Source: Octopus sinensis
Taxonomy: Eukaryota
Assembly (NCBI RefSeq): GCF_006345805.1
Contig: NC_042998.1
Location: 106,268,001-106,332,000, forward strand
Length of the DNA: 64,000 bases
Reading direction: 5' to 3'
Part shown: positions 39,715 to 52,863 of the stretch, piece after piece
Layout of the letters: every line of letters begins with the position of its first letter
Numbering within the stretch: position 1 is the stretch's first letter
Notes under the pieces: generated by a model
What the model saw: only the letters and a program-made list of their open reading frames with translations
Databases searched by the model: none
Told to the model about the DNA's origin: nothing
Position numbers and translations under genes: made by a program

Positions 39715-40000
39715 GTTAGTGGAAGTAGTAGTAGTAGTAGCAGTAGTAGTAGTTTAGGAATAGCAACAGCAGTAGCAGTAGCAGTGGCAGTGATGTCACT
39801 GCTTCCACCAGTGATGGTGCAGTGGCAGTGGTGTTAGTGTTAATATAGGTGCTGTTGCTGTTGCTGTTGTTGTTGTTGGTGGTGGTGGTGGTGGTGGTGG
39901 TGGTGGTGGTGGCGACGGCAGCGGCGGACAAACAGCAGCAGCAGCAGTAGTGGTGGTGGTTGTGGCAGCAGTGGAAGAAGTAGTGGTGGGGGAGGAGGGA
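39715..40000. repeat. Mixed triplet repeats (GTA/GCA/GTT/GGT)
   Basis: Directly visible. Confidence 0.9.
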
Positions 40001-40313
40001 TTTAGTTGTTATGTAATAATAACTACAATCTGTGAGCGGTGGGGGGGAGGGTGCCTAACTGTCAAGGGCTAATTTGAGCTGGGCTGAGTTGAACCAAACT
40101 GAGCAGAGTTGAACTTTATTACTGCAAAATATACATTAATTTCTTCTTGAAAGAAGAAGCTTCAAAATAAAACAGCGACTAAAACAAAACGATTAACACT
40201 ACCAATATAGATTAAATCCCTATGTGAAGAATAAGCTGTTGACATGTTAACTGTTAAGATTCCTTGTGGCTTTTGCTGATAAGAATTGCTTTAAAATCAC
40301 CAGTGACAACCAC

Positions 40314-40345
<32 letters not shown>

Positions 40346-41239
40346 AATGATTCTTTTGTATTCAGTAATAATGATTTTATTATTCTTTTAAACATCACTC
40401 TTAACATTCTGTAAATCTTCATAAAGATTTACAGAATGAATTAATTAAGAGATTCTATGCTATAATTCCATAGTCTGGGGTTAATATAATTTAATTATTC
40501 TTTTATTCTTTTATAGGTTTCAGTCTTTGGGTGATAGTTATACTAGGGATGCTTGCCTTCAAGGGTTTTAGATAATTATATTGACTCACAGTACTTATTT
40601 CAGTTCAGTATTTATTGTTTCCTTGATCATAAGGTCTGCTGGGTCAGGACTGACCTGCAGTTAAACAAACAACAACAAATGAACTGCTAGTTTACTGAAT
40701 ACACAGAGACACATCATAACCATAAACAAATATCAGTTTTTAGAGCAGTGTAATTATTAACACAAACATGGAAACAGTCATATCATCATCATCACCACCA
40801 TTTAGTGTCTGTATTCCATATTGGCACAGGGTGGACAGTTTGAGAGAATTCAAGTCAGAGGACTGTAGCAAGCTCTAATGTCTGTTTTGGTAAGGTTTCT
40901 ATGGCTGGATGCCCTTCCTAACATCAACCCCTTGACACAGTGTACTGGGTGCCTTTTTTCAGTATTGGGGGCTTTTTCAGTGTACAGGGTGGTTTTTTTG
41001 CAAAAAAGACCCTTTACCCACAGAATAAAACAGGAAAGTTTAAGTGTTTTTATCACATAATGAATTACATAATCTTACAAGTGTTTCACTAGTAACATCT
41101 TGTACATAATGCAATAATTATTATATAAACGTTTACTTAATATAGTTGAAACACCAGATCTTCAGAAGAATATTGTAATTCAATTCAGTTTCACACACCA
41201 ACATATGTTTGTTGACAGAGTGAGAAAACAACTGTGTAT

Positions 41240-41600
41240 AATCATCATCATCACCACCATCATTTAATGTCTGCTTTCTATGCTGGCATGAGTTAGTTTG
41301 ACTGGAACTGGTAAGCCAGAGAGCTGCACTAGGTTCCAGTTTGATCTGGCATGGTTTCTACAGCTGCATGCCCTTCCTAATACCAACCATTCCAAGAGTG
41401 TACTGGTTGATTTTTATGTGCCACTGACACAGGTGCCATTTACAGGACACTAGCAATGGCCACAATTACGATTTCACTTGGCTTGATGAGTCTTCTCTAG
41501 CGCAGCATATTGCCAAAGGTCTCGGTCACTTGTCATCACCTCCATATGGTCCAACATTCAAAGATTATACTACCAGCAAGAGCCACAATTACGATTTTAC
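41240..41600 (-). mobile_element. RTE 3' UTR/tail copy (another at about 40785-40955)
   Basis: (CAT)n, tttctacagctgcatgcccttcctaa, gatttcacttggcttgatg. Confidence 0.8.
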
Positions 41601-42147
41601 AGGTACTATTCACATGACACAGACAACACAGAGAAAATTCTTTTTATTGCAATTAAGTAAAAGAGGGGTTTAATTATAGATATTTGTGCATTTTGTATGG
41701 CTGCTTGTGTGTGTTGCATGGACGTGTATGTATTGTATGGATATATGTGTATTGTATGGCTATGTATGTGTGTTGCCTTTATTTTTGTTTGATGAATGTG
41801 TCTGTGGCAGTTTTATGTGATGCATGTGAATGTACATATTGTTTTAGTAGTTGCGTTTGTTGCTTATAGGTTGCGTATAAGAATATATGTATGTATATAA
41901 ACGTTTGTTGTGTGCATGTGAAAAAGTAAAGGGTGAATTAAAGATAAAGCAGCTGGGAATTGAGACCATAATGGAGTGTATGTTCAGGGGCAAAAGATGA
42001 ATTGTTCTTCCTGCCACCAAGTATGAGAGTTCAGGAAAATACTGTACAGAGATAAGCAAACACAGGTGGAGTGATCTGCAGAGTGGAAATAGTTTGATAC
42101 TACTATTCTTTCATATAACTCTTCATTTACTCTCTCTGACATATATA

Positions 42148-42374
42148 TTTCTTTACTGCCCAGAAGGGGCTAAACATAGAGGGGACAAACAAGGACAGAT
42201 GAAGGGATTGAGTCGATTATATCGCCCCCAGTGCGAAACTGGTACTTTATTTATCGACCCCGAAAGGATGAAAGGCAAAGTTGACCCCGGTGGAATTTGA
42301 ACTCAGGACATAACGACAGACGAAATTCCGCTAAGCATTTCGCCTGGCACGCTAACATGTCTGCCAGTTCGCCG
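42148..42374 (-). mobile_element. SINE family B, tail type 2
   Basis: Same head and body as 8818-9027 but with tail tttctttactgccc..ggggctaaacatagaggggacaaacaagg. Confidence 0.85.
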
Positions 42375-44224
42375 ATATAGTCTAAATCCTCCAGTTCTAT
42401 CTTGTTATTTTCCATATTTCCTCTAATCTATTCTTCCTTTCTTTTAAGCACATACATAACCTATATATCCTGCTTATCTATAGCTCTTTGCCTAATCCTT
42501 TGTACCAAACTTTAACTCCTTCTTGTCCTCTCTTCACTGTCACATCTGTCTTTTTTCTTACATCACCATCCTCACTGGACCTGACAATGATTTTGTAATA
42601 CAGGAGAGAAACTTGTACTTTATTTCTCAACCAATGTCATCCACTGCAATTCTTTTGTAAACCAGTCAAATGGTAGGCTGATCTGTGCTTCAAATCCATT
42701 AGCTCAACTCATTTGCTGCAGTAGTATGGTTTGAAATCACGATTCTTTGTCTCTATAAAAACTGGCTTTTTAACCTTGGACCCTTTCTGTTTATTTAAAT
42801 TTATAATTCCCGAATTATTTGCAATTGTTGTAGTGATTAATTTGAACCCATGACCTTTGGGCCTGAATGTAGTCTAACTCCTTAACTTCAATTCATAATC
42901 TGTTTCAGTCAAAAGCTGTTTCAATGACAGTGGTTCAATTCGGTTTCATGGCCTAGTGGTTAGGGATTTTACTTTCCATACCAGTTGTGTGTTGTGCTCT
43001 TGAGCAAGATACTTTATTTCATGTCACCCCAGTCCATTCAGCTGTAAATGGGTAACCTTGTAATGGATTAGCATACAAAGGTGAGATAATGATTCAGGAA
43101 AATCACCCAATCAGAGGTCCCATGAGTTATGTTTGGTATTCAGCAATTAATAGCAGGAATAGTTCAAACCACGTTGTGAATCCCAACTGGTTGGGATTGG
43201 TTGTTCAACCTCATTGAAGGTCATCATTTAATCATGATTGCTCTAGTTGTATAGTTAAGAGTCATTGTCTTGGAGTAAATATGTGATGTAACCACTAAAC
43301 CTCATAGCTTTTATGCCTATTTAAATTTATAGATTCAAAATATTTTTAATTCATAAAAATTGTATTACAATTCAATGTAATACCACCAAGTCTGCTGAAC
43401 CTTGCTTTTATTACTCTTTCTATTCCTCCCTTCCTCCTTCTATTCCTCTTCTTCTTCTCCTTCTCTCTCTCTCTCTCTCTCGCTCTCTGTATCTTTTGTA
43501 ATTGAGCCACACATCCCATTTCCCCTTACTCTCTCCCTTTCTCACTATGACATACCCTGCTAGCAAAACCAGTGGGGACAATGGTGAATTCAAGATTTTG
43601 CCAAATGACACTAGACAATGTTAGTAATACACAGGGTAGAGATGAGTGGAATGGAGGGGAGGTATCATATGACCTCTCAACCCCCCCAAGGCCAAGAGGT
43701 CAACAGATTTATCACATCAACAACTGAAACTCTTCTGTATCTAGAACTAATCTGTTATGAAACCAGTAAGATTATTTGATTATGTATTCCACAAGAAAGC
43801 CTTAACCATTATTAAGCAATACTTACTTGACCTTACTTTATTGAGTTTGTATGATGATGTATCAAGGGAATAAAAGGGATAAAATATAGGGGTGATTGAT
43901 AAAATATCTACTTTAAATATCTACGGAGGAGACTAGAAGGGTTAATATAATTATTTCATTAAAACTGATTATTGTTTAATCACATCTACTACACCAACAT
44001 TGCCAGTAATCTTATTACAGTGCCCACTAGCACAATCACTATTATCTATCTATCATCATCATCATCATCACCACCACTACCACCATTGACCTTATTACCA
44101 TTCATCCACACCGCTGCAATCACCATTATCATCATCACCCCAGCTATTAGCATCATTAACATCACTGCAAAATTCCACCTACACCTCACCAACAGCATCA
44201 CTGCTATCCAATCTGACAAGCAAG

Positions 44225-44460
44225 CCTTCATGTGGTCACTTGCCTGCAAGAAATAGCAGCTAGACAAATGTATCTTGAATCACATCCTACAGACTTCAAA
44301 AGGTAAAAAAAAAAAAAGATCATGTTAGATAATGTGGGGGTGGGGGCTCCTCTAAGCTCCCTGTACACAGGAACAAGACAGGGTGGTTATGGCTGGAATG
44401 CTTTTGATTATATGTCTATTCATTCAAGGTTGACCTGAGCTAAACAATGGCAGCAACAAT
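44225..44460 (+). mobile_element. Old dispersed repeat family D (copies at about 32200, 39420-39650 minus, 48190, 48640)
   Basis: Shared agaaatagcagc..aaat, ggctggaatg and gacctg..gctaaacaa(caa)n motifs. Confidence 0.6.
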
Positions 44461-45039
44461 CACTGCTACCACCACTATTACTCCTGCTATTTCTACTTAC
44501 ACCAGCACCACTACCACCATTATCAATCAATGCAGCTATTTCTATGGCATCGGTACCACTGGTTCTACTGTCATCACCTCCATAGAACTATGAGTGCTTC
44601 TGCTACCACCACTACCACCACTATCATCATCACTACCATTATCATCATATAATTACCACATTTAACACCACCTCCACCACCAACACCACCACCGCCACTT
44701 TGTCATTAGTTCTGATTAAATACAGCATCTCTCTGTTGTATTTGCAAAGCTGCAGGAGAAGTAGGGAAAAGGAAGGTGGGAAGGGGAAAGTTAATGAAAC
44801 AAGGTCACATATCATCAGAGCCATTGAATTTTCTAACATCTCAGATTTCTTATATTTCAATGACACTAATTCACATAAAATGTTGGACTTTCATAGTAAA
44901 GATTGGCCATCAGTATAGGTTCATGAAATCATGAAAATCAGAGCATGTGTGAAAATATGTTTATATTACATATGATAGCTGTTGACTCGTTAATCAAGTA
45001 TGACTCTTCTCAACACCAGCATTGACAAAGTTCATCAAG

Positions 45040-45378
45040 GTGAGTGAAATCATAGTTATGGCCAATACCAATGTGAAATCACACTCATGGCCAATGCTAG
45101 TGCCATCTGACTGACACCTGTGCAGGTGGCATATAAAAAACACCATTCAAGTGTTGGGCCTCATGGAAGCAGTGACAGGTAATATACTGTGCTTGTGTAG
45201 ACCTGTCAAGCCAAGTGAGACCATAGTTGTGGCCAATGCCAACATCAGGTCAATGGCAACACCCACTGCACTCTTGGAATGGTTGGTGTTAGGAAGTGCA
45301 TCCAGCTATAGAAACCTTGCCAAATCAGATTGGAACCTATGCTAGCATGGAAAAGCAGACGTTAAATTATGATGATGA

Positions 45379-45381
<3 letters not shown>
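45040..45381 (+). mobile_element. Diverged RTE 3' UTR/tail copy
   Basis: gtgaaatc..gttgtggccaatgcc, ggttggtgttaggaagtgcatccagc, (GAT)n then (TA)n. Confidence 0.8.
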
Positions 45382-45421
<40 letters not shown>

Positions 45422-45457
45422 AATACATGTATATGTGGACACATATGTACATATATA

Positions 45458-45532
<75 letters not shown>

Positions 45533-45661
45533 TATGTATATATTAATGTATGTATATAAACACATGTATATATGGACACATATGTACATATATATATATA
45601 TGTATGTATATATTAATGTATGTATATAAATACATGTATATATGGACACATATGTACATAT

Positions 45662-45713
<52 letters not shown>

Positions 45714-45775
45714 TATGTATGTATATATTAATGTATGTATATGAATACATGTATATGTGGACACATATGTACATA

Positions 45776-45830
<55 letters not shown>
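45382..45830. repeat. TA-derived minisatellite with unit containing aaatacatgtatatatggacacatatgtacat
   Basis: Four copies at about 45420, 45558, 45628 and 45743 separated by variable (TA)n. Confidence 0.9.
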
Positions 45831-45837
<7 letters not shown>

Positions 45838-46239
45838 TACATAAAAACACACACACTCATACATACAAACACACACCATGATCATGTTCATGGTCATCAT
45901 GATCATCATCTTCATCCTAATTTTAACAGCAATTTTCACATGCTTGCATAAACCAGATGAAATTTATTGAAGCAAAATTTATAAGGACAGATGCTCTTCC
46001 TGTTGCCCACCTTCATCTGTTGCCAAGTAAGGTATTATTTACCCCCACCCTTTCAACATGAACAGTGCAATGGCCAGGCATGTTTTCAAAGAGGATAGCA
46101 AATGAACTACACTGCTTGTAACTTGATGACAGATATTTACAATTAACAGATATCAAGTCAAGGAAATATAATCATACATACACACACATATACATAAACA
46201 CTCACATACACAAACACTGTATACATGTGAAATAGATAA

Positions 46240-46450
46240 GTTTCTTTATTGGCCACACAGGGCTGCACACAGATGGGACAAGTTACAAGGTAGAGCTTTT
46301 CTTTTGGGGGATGAAGAGAACAAAAAACAAAAGAAAAAAAAGGGGTGGCCTAGGTTTTCGATCAAGAGGGATCGTAAAAGGGAAGAAAAGAACAAAAACA
46401 AAAAAAAAATTGAATAAAATAAAAAGAATAAAAAGAGAAAAAAAAAAGAA
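46240..46450 (-). mobile_element. 3' terminal fragment of a Tx1-like LINE
   Basis: acagatgggacaa motif shared with the Tx1 3' end at 3047-3059; minus strand ends aataaagaaa; next to (GATA)n. Confidence 0.55.
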
Positions 46451-46451
46451 A

Positions 46452-46535
46452 ATAGATAGATAGACAGATTGGTAGGTAGGTAGGTAGGTAGGTAGGTAGG
46501 TAGGTTGGTATGTAGGTAGATAACTAGAAAACTAG

Positions 46536-46586
<51 letters not shown>

Positions 46587-46768
46587 GGCAGACAGACGAA
46601 TAAGTAGGTAGGAAGGTAGGCAGGTATGTAGGTAAATAATTAGAAAACTAGCTAGCTAGACAGGCAGGCAGATAGACAGGCAGGCAAGCAGGCAGGCAGA
46701 CAGACAGACAGGCAGGCAGGCAGGCAGGCAGGCAGCCAGACAAATAAGTAGGTAGGTAGGTAGGTAGG
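46452..46768. repeat. (GATA/GGTA/GACA/GGCA)n compound satellite with a duplicated tagaaaactagctag spacer
   Basis: Directly visible. Confidence 0.9.
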
Positions 46769-47149
46769 GGATAATGTTAATTTATTAATAGCTTATCTAC
46801 AAATTTGCTGCCTCGGTATTTTAATTAATTAATTTGAGATAATAAAAGCTATACATATTTTTATAATGGCTTCATCTAAAGAGGAATGTTAGAGTCTATT
46901 TCAGACCATTTGCAGGGCTTCCTAGGCATGGGCTGAAGGAAGAAAGTTAACCTCGTACTGAAGACCTGGTCTGAGAGTATCTAACTAAAGAAGCTCTGCT
47001 AAAGACACCAAACAGCCAGGTGAAGGTATTAATTGGGTATTGTGTTAAATCTAGCACTCAATTAGTAATTAATTGGTATCCTGATCAATTAAGTATCTTC
47101 TCATTTGCGGTTTTGTGATGAATGAACTTAACATTAATATTTTATCTTT

Positions 47150-47530
47150 TGTCTTTTATCTTATACTTGTTTCAGTAGAGTGTGGCCATGCTGGGGCACC
47201 GCCTTGAAGAATTTTAGTCAAAAGTATCAACGCTGGCACTTATTATTTTTTTGTAAAACTTGGTACATATTGTAACAGTCCCTTTTGCCAAACCATAAAG
47301 TAACAGGAGACTGAATACACCAAGACTATTTGTCAAGTTGTAGTGGGAGGAAAATACATACACACACGCACACACACATACACACACAGGGTGGGCTTCT
47401 TTCAGTTTCCATCAATCATATCTGCTCACAAGACTTTGGTCAGCCCAAGGCTATAGTAGAAGACTCTTGCCAAAGTTGACACATAGTGGGACTGAAACTG
47501 AAACTATGTGGTTGGAAAACAAATTTCTTA
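47150..47530 (-). mobile_element. SINE family A (diverged), 5' end cut by SINE B
   Basis: tttcagtttccatc..ctcacaagactttggtcagcccaaggctatagtagaagac. Confidence 0.8.
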
Positions 47531-47749
47531 TTTCTTTCTTGCCCACAAGGGGCTAAACATAGAGGGGACAAACAAGGATAGACAAAGGGATTAAGTCAAT
47601 TACATCAATCCAAGTGCATAACTGGTACTTAATTGATCAACCCCAAAAGGACGAAAGGCAAAGTTGACCTCGGCAGAATTTGAACTCAGAACGTAAAGAC
47701 AGATGAAATACTGCTAGGCATTTCACCTGGCATGCTAATGTTTCTGCCA
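47529..47749 (-). mobile_element. SINE family B, tail type 2
   Basis: Aligns to 42148-42374. Confidence 0.85.
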
Positions 47750-47822
47750 TAAAAAAGAATTTAGAAAACAAAAGAATTTAGAAAACTCAATATTGTATTC
47801 ACAATAACTAATCTTAAAATAG

Positions 47823-48110
47823 AAGGCAGAGGTGTGGCTGTGTGGCAAGAAGTTTGTTTCCCAACCACATGGTTCCAAGTTCAATCCCACTTCAATGAAC
47901 CTTACGCAGGTGTCTTCTATTATAGCCTCAGACAAACCAACACTTTGTGAATAGATTTGTTAGAGAGAAATTGAAAGAAATCCATCTTTTGTGTGTGTGT
48001 GCCGTTATGTGATTCTGTGTGTCTCAATGTTGTCCCTTACTACCATTTGGCAACCAATGTTGGTTTGTTTATGTTTCTGTGATTTAGCAGATAGGAAAAA
48101 GAGACCAATG
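47823..48110 (+). mobile_element. SINE family A (diverged)
   Basis: gtggctgtgtgg...aaccacatggttccaagttcaatcccac. Confidence 0.8.
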
Positions 48111-50188
48111 ACTTACTGTTACTTTTAATTTTTACCATTTGCTTCCATTAACAACAAACTTTAAGAACCAAAATAGAGAGCTATTTTATAGTTGTTTGAT
48201 CTGCCAGAAATAGCAAGCAAATGACACAGTGAATAATCTAGTTTGAGGCATGCTTCTGAAAAAAAGATAGTGGCCATTGCTAGAGTACTTTTGATTATAG
48301 ATCAGTTCTGTAAGAGTTAACCTGGAGTTAAACAATAACAACAACAAAGATTATTAGTGAGTCTATAAACATATCTATGTAGTTGCTTAATTTGGCAGCC
48401 AAACCTTACTTAACAAATTTCCTAATTACATTTGGAGCAGGAAATCTTTAAAAGAGGGAGACATGTTTGAATCAAAAAATCTTAAGACAGCATAATATAA
48501 TAATAATAGGATTGGCATGTATGATATAATTTCCATACCTAACAAACTGAGTGTCTTTATTTGCATATATGAAATGCTGAATATCTGTATTGCTACAATG
48601 TGGTTTATCAGCTCTTTGAGCTAATAAGAAAGCCTATAGACCATAGTGTGACCTGTTAGAAATAGAAGCCAAATATACAACAGATCTTCAGGAAGGATCA
48701 CAGCTGGAATGTATTTGTTCACAGGTCTGCCCAGACAAAGCTGACTTAAAAGCTAAACAACAATGGCGGCAGCAGCGGCTATCAGCTGATTTTATTCAAA
48801 TACTCACACAATAATATATACGTTTTTTTTTGGGGGGGGGGGGGGTTAATTTTCACCAAGATGATCTATCAATGTCAAAATTTGAATATCAACAGAGAAA
48901 TACAAATATTTATTTTTAAAATACATCAATAGTTAATTATGAGCCAAAACAGGAAAAAAAAAAAAACGAGAATAGAAATTCAGAATGAATGCAGTACAAT
49001 CTACCAGAAAGAAACGGTATCAACATATCAGACAGAAGTCTTTTGTCCAGAAAGATAGGTAATGAAAGGAGCGAAAAATAAAGTTGAGGAAAAAAATGCT
49101 TATATATCTGTCCTTACTAACTTTAAAATAACCACTTCATGAATGTAATTTTAGCTTCATCCAGAGCATCCATTTTTCTCACATGAACAGCATTCAGTAC
49201 AACTTGGTTTTCTTTCCATGAAATGGCAGTTTTCCTTGTAATTTTATAATATTAAAACTGAAGAACAACTTAAACTGAAGATTACCTGTGCATTATTCTA
49301 TGTACTGTTCATACACTTTCAGTTAATTTTGCTGATGAGTTGTAGTGCACCTGAGCACTCTATACAATAATTTCCTTATTGTTATTTTCATTCATCTAAA
49401 TTTGCTCACTCCTTATGGCTACATAATAGTCCTTCATAATATTTTGCAAATTTTGTAAATTTTGTTTTAAGCCTTTTGTCTTCCTGTGTGAGATACACTA
49501 ATTTGTCTAATTAAAAATTTATCATTGTTAATATGGCTTAATTAATAAATCCTCATTATGAATTATTTCAAATGAATAAATGACCATTACTTATCAAATC
49601 ATTCTTAATTAATATATAATCATTTTGTTTTAGAAATTTTACATCAGATTAACAAGTTTTCATTTATTAATATCCCATCTATTGCAGTATGATAAAAAAA
49701 AAAGATGTTAAAATGATAATGATGATTATGATGTTAACAATTATAAAGATGGTGATGAGAATAATATCTACATACTGACATAAATGCATCTATATTCATA
49801 ACATGTAATGTGTATGCATGCTATCTGTTTTTATGCTGGTACAGCTATGCATGCATCGTGTATATGAACACTATATGTATTTAGGAATGTACATACTATC
49901 TGTGTTTGTGTAAGTTTATACATGCATGCATTTGACTGCATACCGCATGTCTATGTATCTATGCATACATGTTGTTACATTTTATGTGTATGCATTTTCA
50001 TACATATACATAAAATGAATGAGTGCATGTATTTATTTATTTTTATCAAAGACACAATTCCTATCCACTCTATCCATTATACTACAAACACACATAGACA
50101 CATGCACACACACTCTCTCTCCCCCTCTCTCTCTCCCTCTCTCTCTTTCTCTCTCACCCTCTCTCTTTCTCTCTCTCCCCCTCTCTCT

Positions 50189-50219
<31 letters not shown>

Positions 50220-50598
50220 CCTACTGTATAAACATCTGCCTCTCAGTACATCATGTCTCCCATGTCACACCTTTTCTCACAATTAAACTACCACAACAAT
50301 TAACCAATTTACCCCCTCTATGATCCTAATGACTTTTAAATAAAAGTAATGAAACCAAAACTTTCATTTCTACTGATCCATAAATTGCAATCCCCCTTTT
50401 CTGTTTTTTTTCTGTCAATAACTGCCAAATTACTTTACTATTCATAAATACTGGCCTATAAATAAATGTATCTCAACCTGTTTATGTTTTTGAATAAAAA
50501 AATAACAACCCCTTTTGTCCTGATTAACACATACCTCAACTCACACAAACAGGCATAGTTAATTCTTGCATTGAAAGATAATTAGAAATTGAGCTTAA

Positions 50599-50818
50599 CC
50601 CTTTTGTTACTGTATTTATTTTAAGATGCTCTGTGTTTCTTTCAGTTACTTTAAATATAACAAAGGATTTAGTAAAATAACTTAGTTATCATTCAGCTAG
50701 TGTTAGGAACATAAATTGTGACTAAGGTTTGGTGGAAGATTTTAATTCAGAACTTATGAAAACAAGACATTTGTACTGAGAGCCAGAGCCAGTTTCAGCC
50801 GGATTGGCAACGAAAGGG
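50599..50818. mobile_element. piggyBac-like MITE (220 bp)
   Basis: TTAA flanks at 50595-50598 and 50819-50822; TIR cccttttgttac / gcaacgaaaggg; a degenerate relative at about 24030-24268. Confidence 0.85.
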
Positions 50819-51478
50819 TTAAATGTCTTTCCCCAAATAGAAAACATCATACTACACCATTCAGAACCCACACTAATCCAAACCAAATCCATCCCCCACA
50901 AAACACATCAGCTTCAAAATTCTTCATTAATTCAAGAATTCCCATGCCAGAATGAAAATAATGATTGCTGTGAGGTATGAATTCTTTGAATTTGCAATGT
51001 AAATTTTTATGCAACAAATGGAGTGATTTCTTTTTTTTCATTATGGGTTACACTTCATAGAATGTACATTCTACATACTCCACTTTCTTTCACATTTTCA
51101 TTCACCAGCTCTCTCTGTTACTCTGTCTTTCTCTTTCTCTCTCTCTATATATGTATATATGTATGTATGTATACCAACCCCATACATACGCACGTCCAGA
51201 CCAATCCTACACACTAATACTCTCTCATACACACACACACACACACACACACCCTTATACATACTAATACATACACCAACCCTATACATACACACGTCCA
51301 GACCCCTCCTACGCACTATTAGCTGGTCCTTCAACCCTATTATCTCCCCTTATTTCGCTCTCGCGTCTCATGTTTGATCTTTGACCTCTGGCCGAAATCA
51401 GATCGCCATGTTGATTCGTTAGCTACTGCACGCATTTTTTTTCTCTCCTTCTTTGTGTGTTTTTTTTCTCTCTGTGTA

Positions 51479-51516
51479 TCTTTCTGTTGAAGAGCGTAGG
51501 CTCGAAACGTTAAAGA
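51479..51516 (+). ncRNA. Minimal type-I hammerhead ribozyme-like motif (A6U variant) in repeat H1 (about 51415-51615)
   Basis: TCTTT-CTGTTGA-A-GAGC-GTAG-GCTC-GAAAC-GTT-AAAGA: 5-bp stem I, 4-bp stem II, loopless palindromic stem III (AACGTT). Confidence 0.6.
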
Positions 51517-51614
51517 CTTGTTTTATTTATATTTCCTGAGCGCCATACTAATACAATTGTTCGTTTGTTTTCCACCTGCCTTCGTCTTTTGTCTATTTTC
51601 ATAAAGCTTCCCGT

Positions 51615-51670
<56 letters not shown>

Positions 51671-51680
51671 TATATATATA

Positions 51681-52565
51681 CATGGTCTGATCAATAAGTA
51701 TCCAGACTATTGCCATAGTAACAAAGTTATAGCACAGAGAGTGAAGCCATTTGGCACAGGTTGACCTTGAACTCTGCTGTACATGCACACTAAGTTTTAA
51801 TGTTCTAGCTTGCTTCTGCTATTTATAGCAGAGCTTGGAAGGAAGGTGTGTAGTGTGTAATCATCATATTGACTGTGACAGAGAAAGCTGAGTAAAGAAT
51901 CGGCATCAAATTTTGCCAAAAGCTTGGCAATATCTGCTCAGAGGCCTACAAAAAGTTTTCATCATTCTCAACACAATCGAGGAGATCTTATGCAACTAAA
52001 ACCCAATTGTCTTTTTGGTCAGCTGAAAACAGTTTTGGTATAAACTTGGCAGAAACACGTCTCATACCCAAATCTTCAGTGATAACGGACTGAACTGAAC
52101 CGTAACTAATTTGCACATACTCTCATAACTCACAGATGGTGATTCAATGATTTCCCCTCACAGCTGCATGCATATCTGCAATGGTTTTCTCAGTTTTGTT
52201 GGTTGTGGGTCTCCCAGAACGTTCATCAATATTGACATTTTTTTCAGCCATCTTGGAACCATCTGAACCACTTATACACTTGTGTGTGGCTCATATGCTC
52301 TTTCCCATACACTTTCTGCAACTTTGTGTAGGCCTCTGAGCAGGTATCGCCATAACAACTTTCTCTGTCATGATCAATGCAAAGATCACATGCTACACAT
52401 CTTCCTTCTAAGCACTGCTGTAGACAGTGGAAGTGAGCTACAATGTTAAAACTTAGTGCACATGCACAGCAGAGTTGAAGGTCAATCGCTGCTAGGCAGC
52501 TTCACTCTGTATGCTTTAGCTTTGTTACTATGGAAACAGTCCGGATACTTATTGATCAGACCTCA
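51681..52565. mobile_element. Non-autonomous mariner derivative made of two inverted left ends
   Basis: ~210-bp inverted arms beginning ggtctgatcaataagtatcc; plus strand E*RIGIKFCQKLG; minus strand YTKLQKVYG..VYKWFRWFQDG..DERSGRP..LGMRRVSAKFIPKL. Confidence 0.85.
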
Positions 52566-52863
52566 TGTATACATGCCCACCTATCTACCTACCTATCTAT
52601 CTACACGCACGCATGCACACACACACACACACACGGACATAGAAAATCAGTCTCAGAAAGTTTCACCTGAGTTATACAAGCATTGAAAAGTGAACTTTAA
52701 ACTGATGTTCATGAAGAGAACAATAACAGATATACACAAAGATACTACACACATATTTATCTCTCCTTTTCTCTCTCTTTCTCTCTCTCACTCACTCTGT
52801 CTCTCTCTCTCTATCGATCTGTCTATCTATCTATCTAACTATTTATCTATCTTTATATATATA

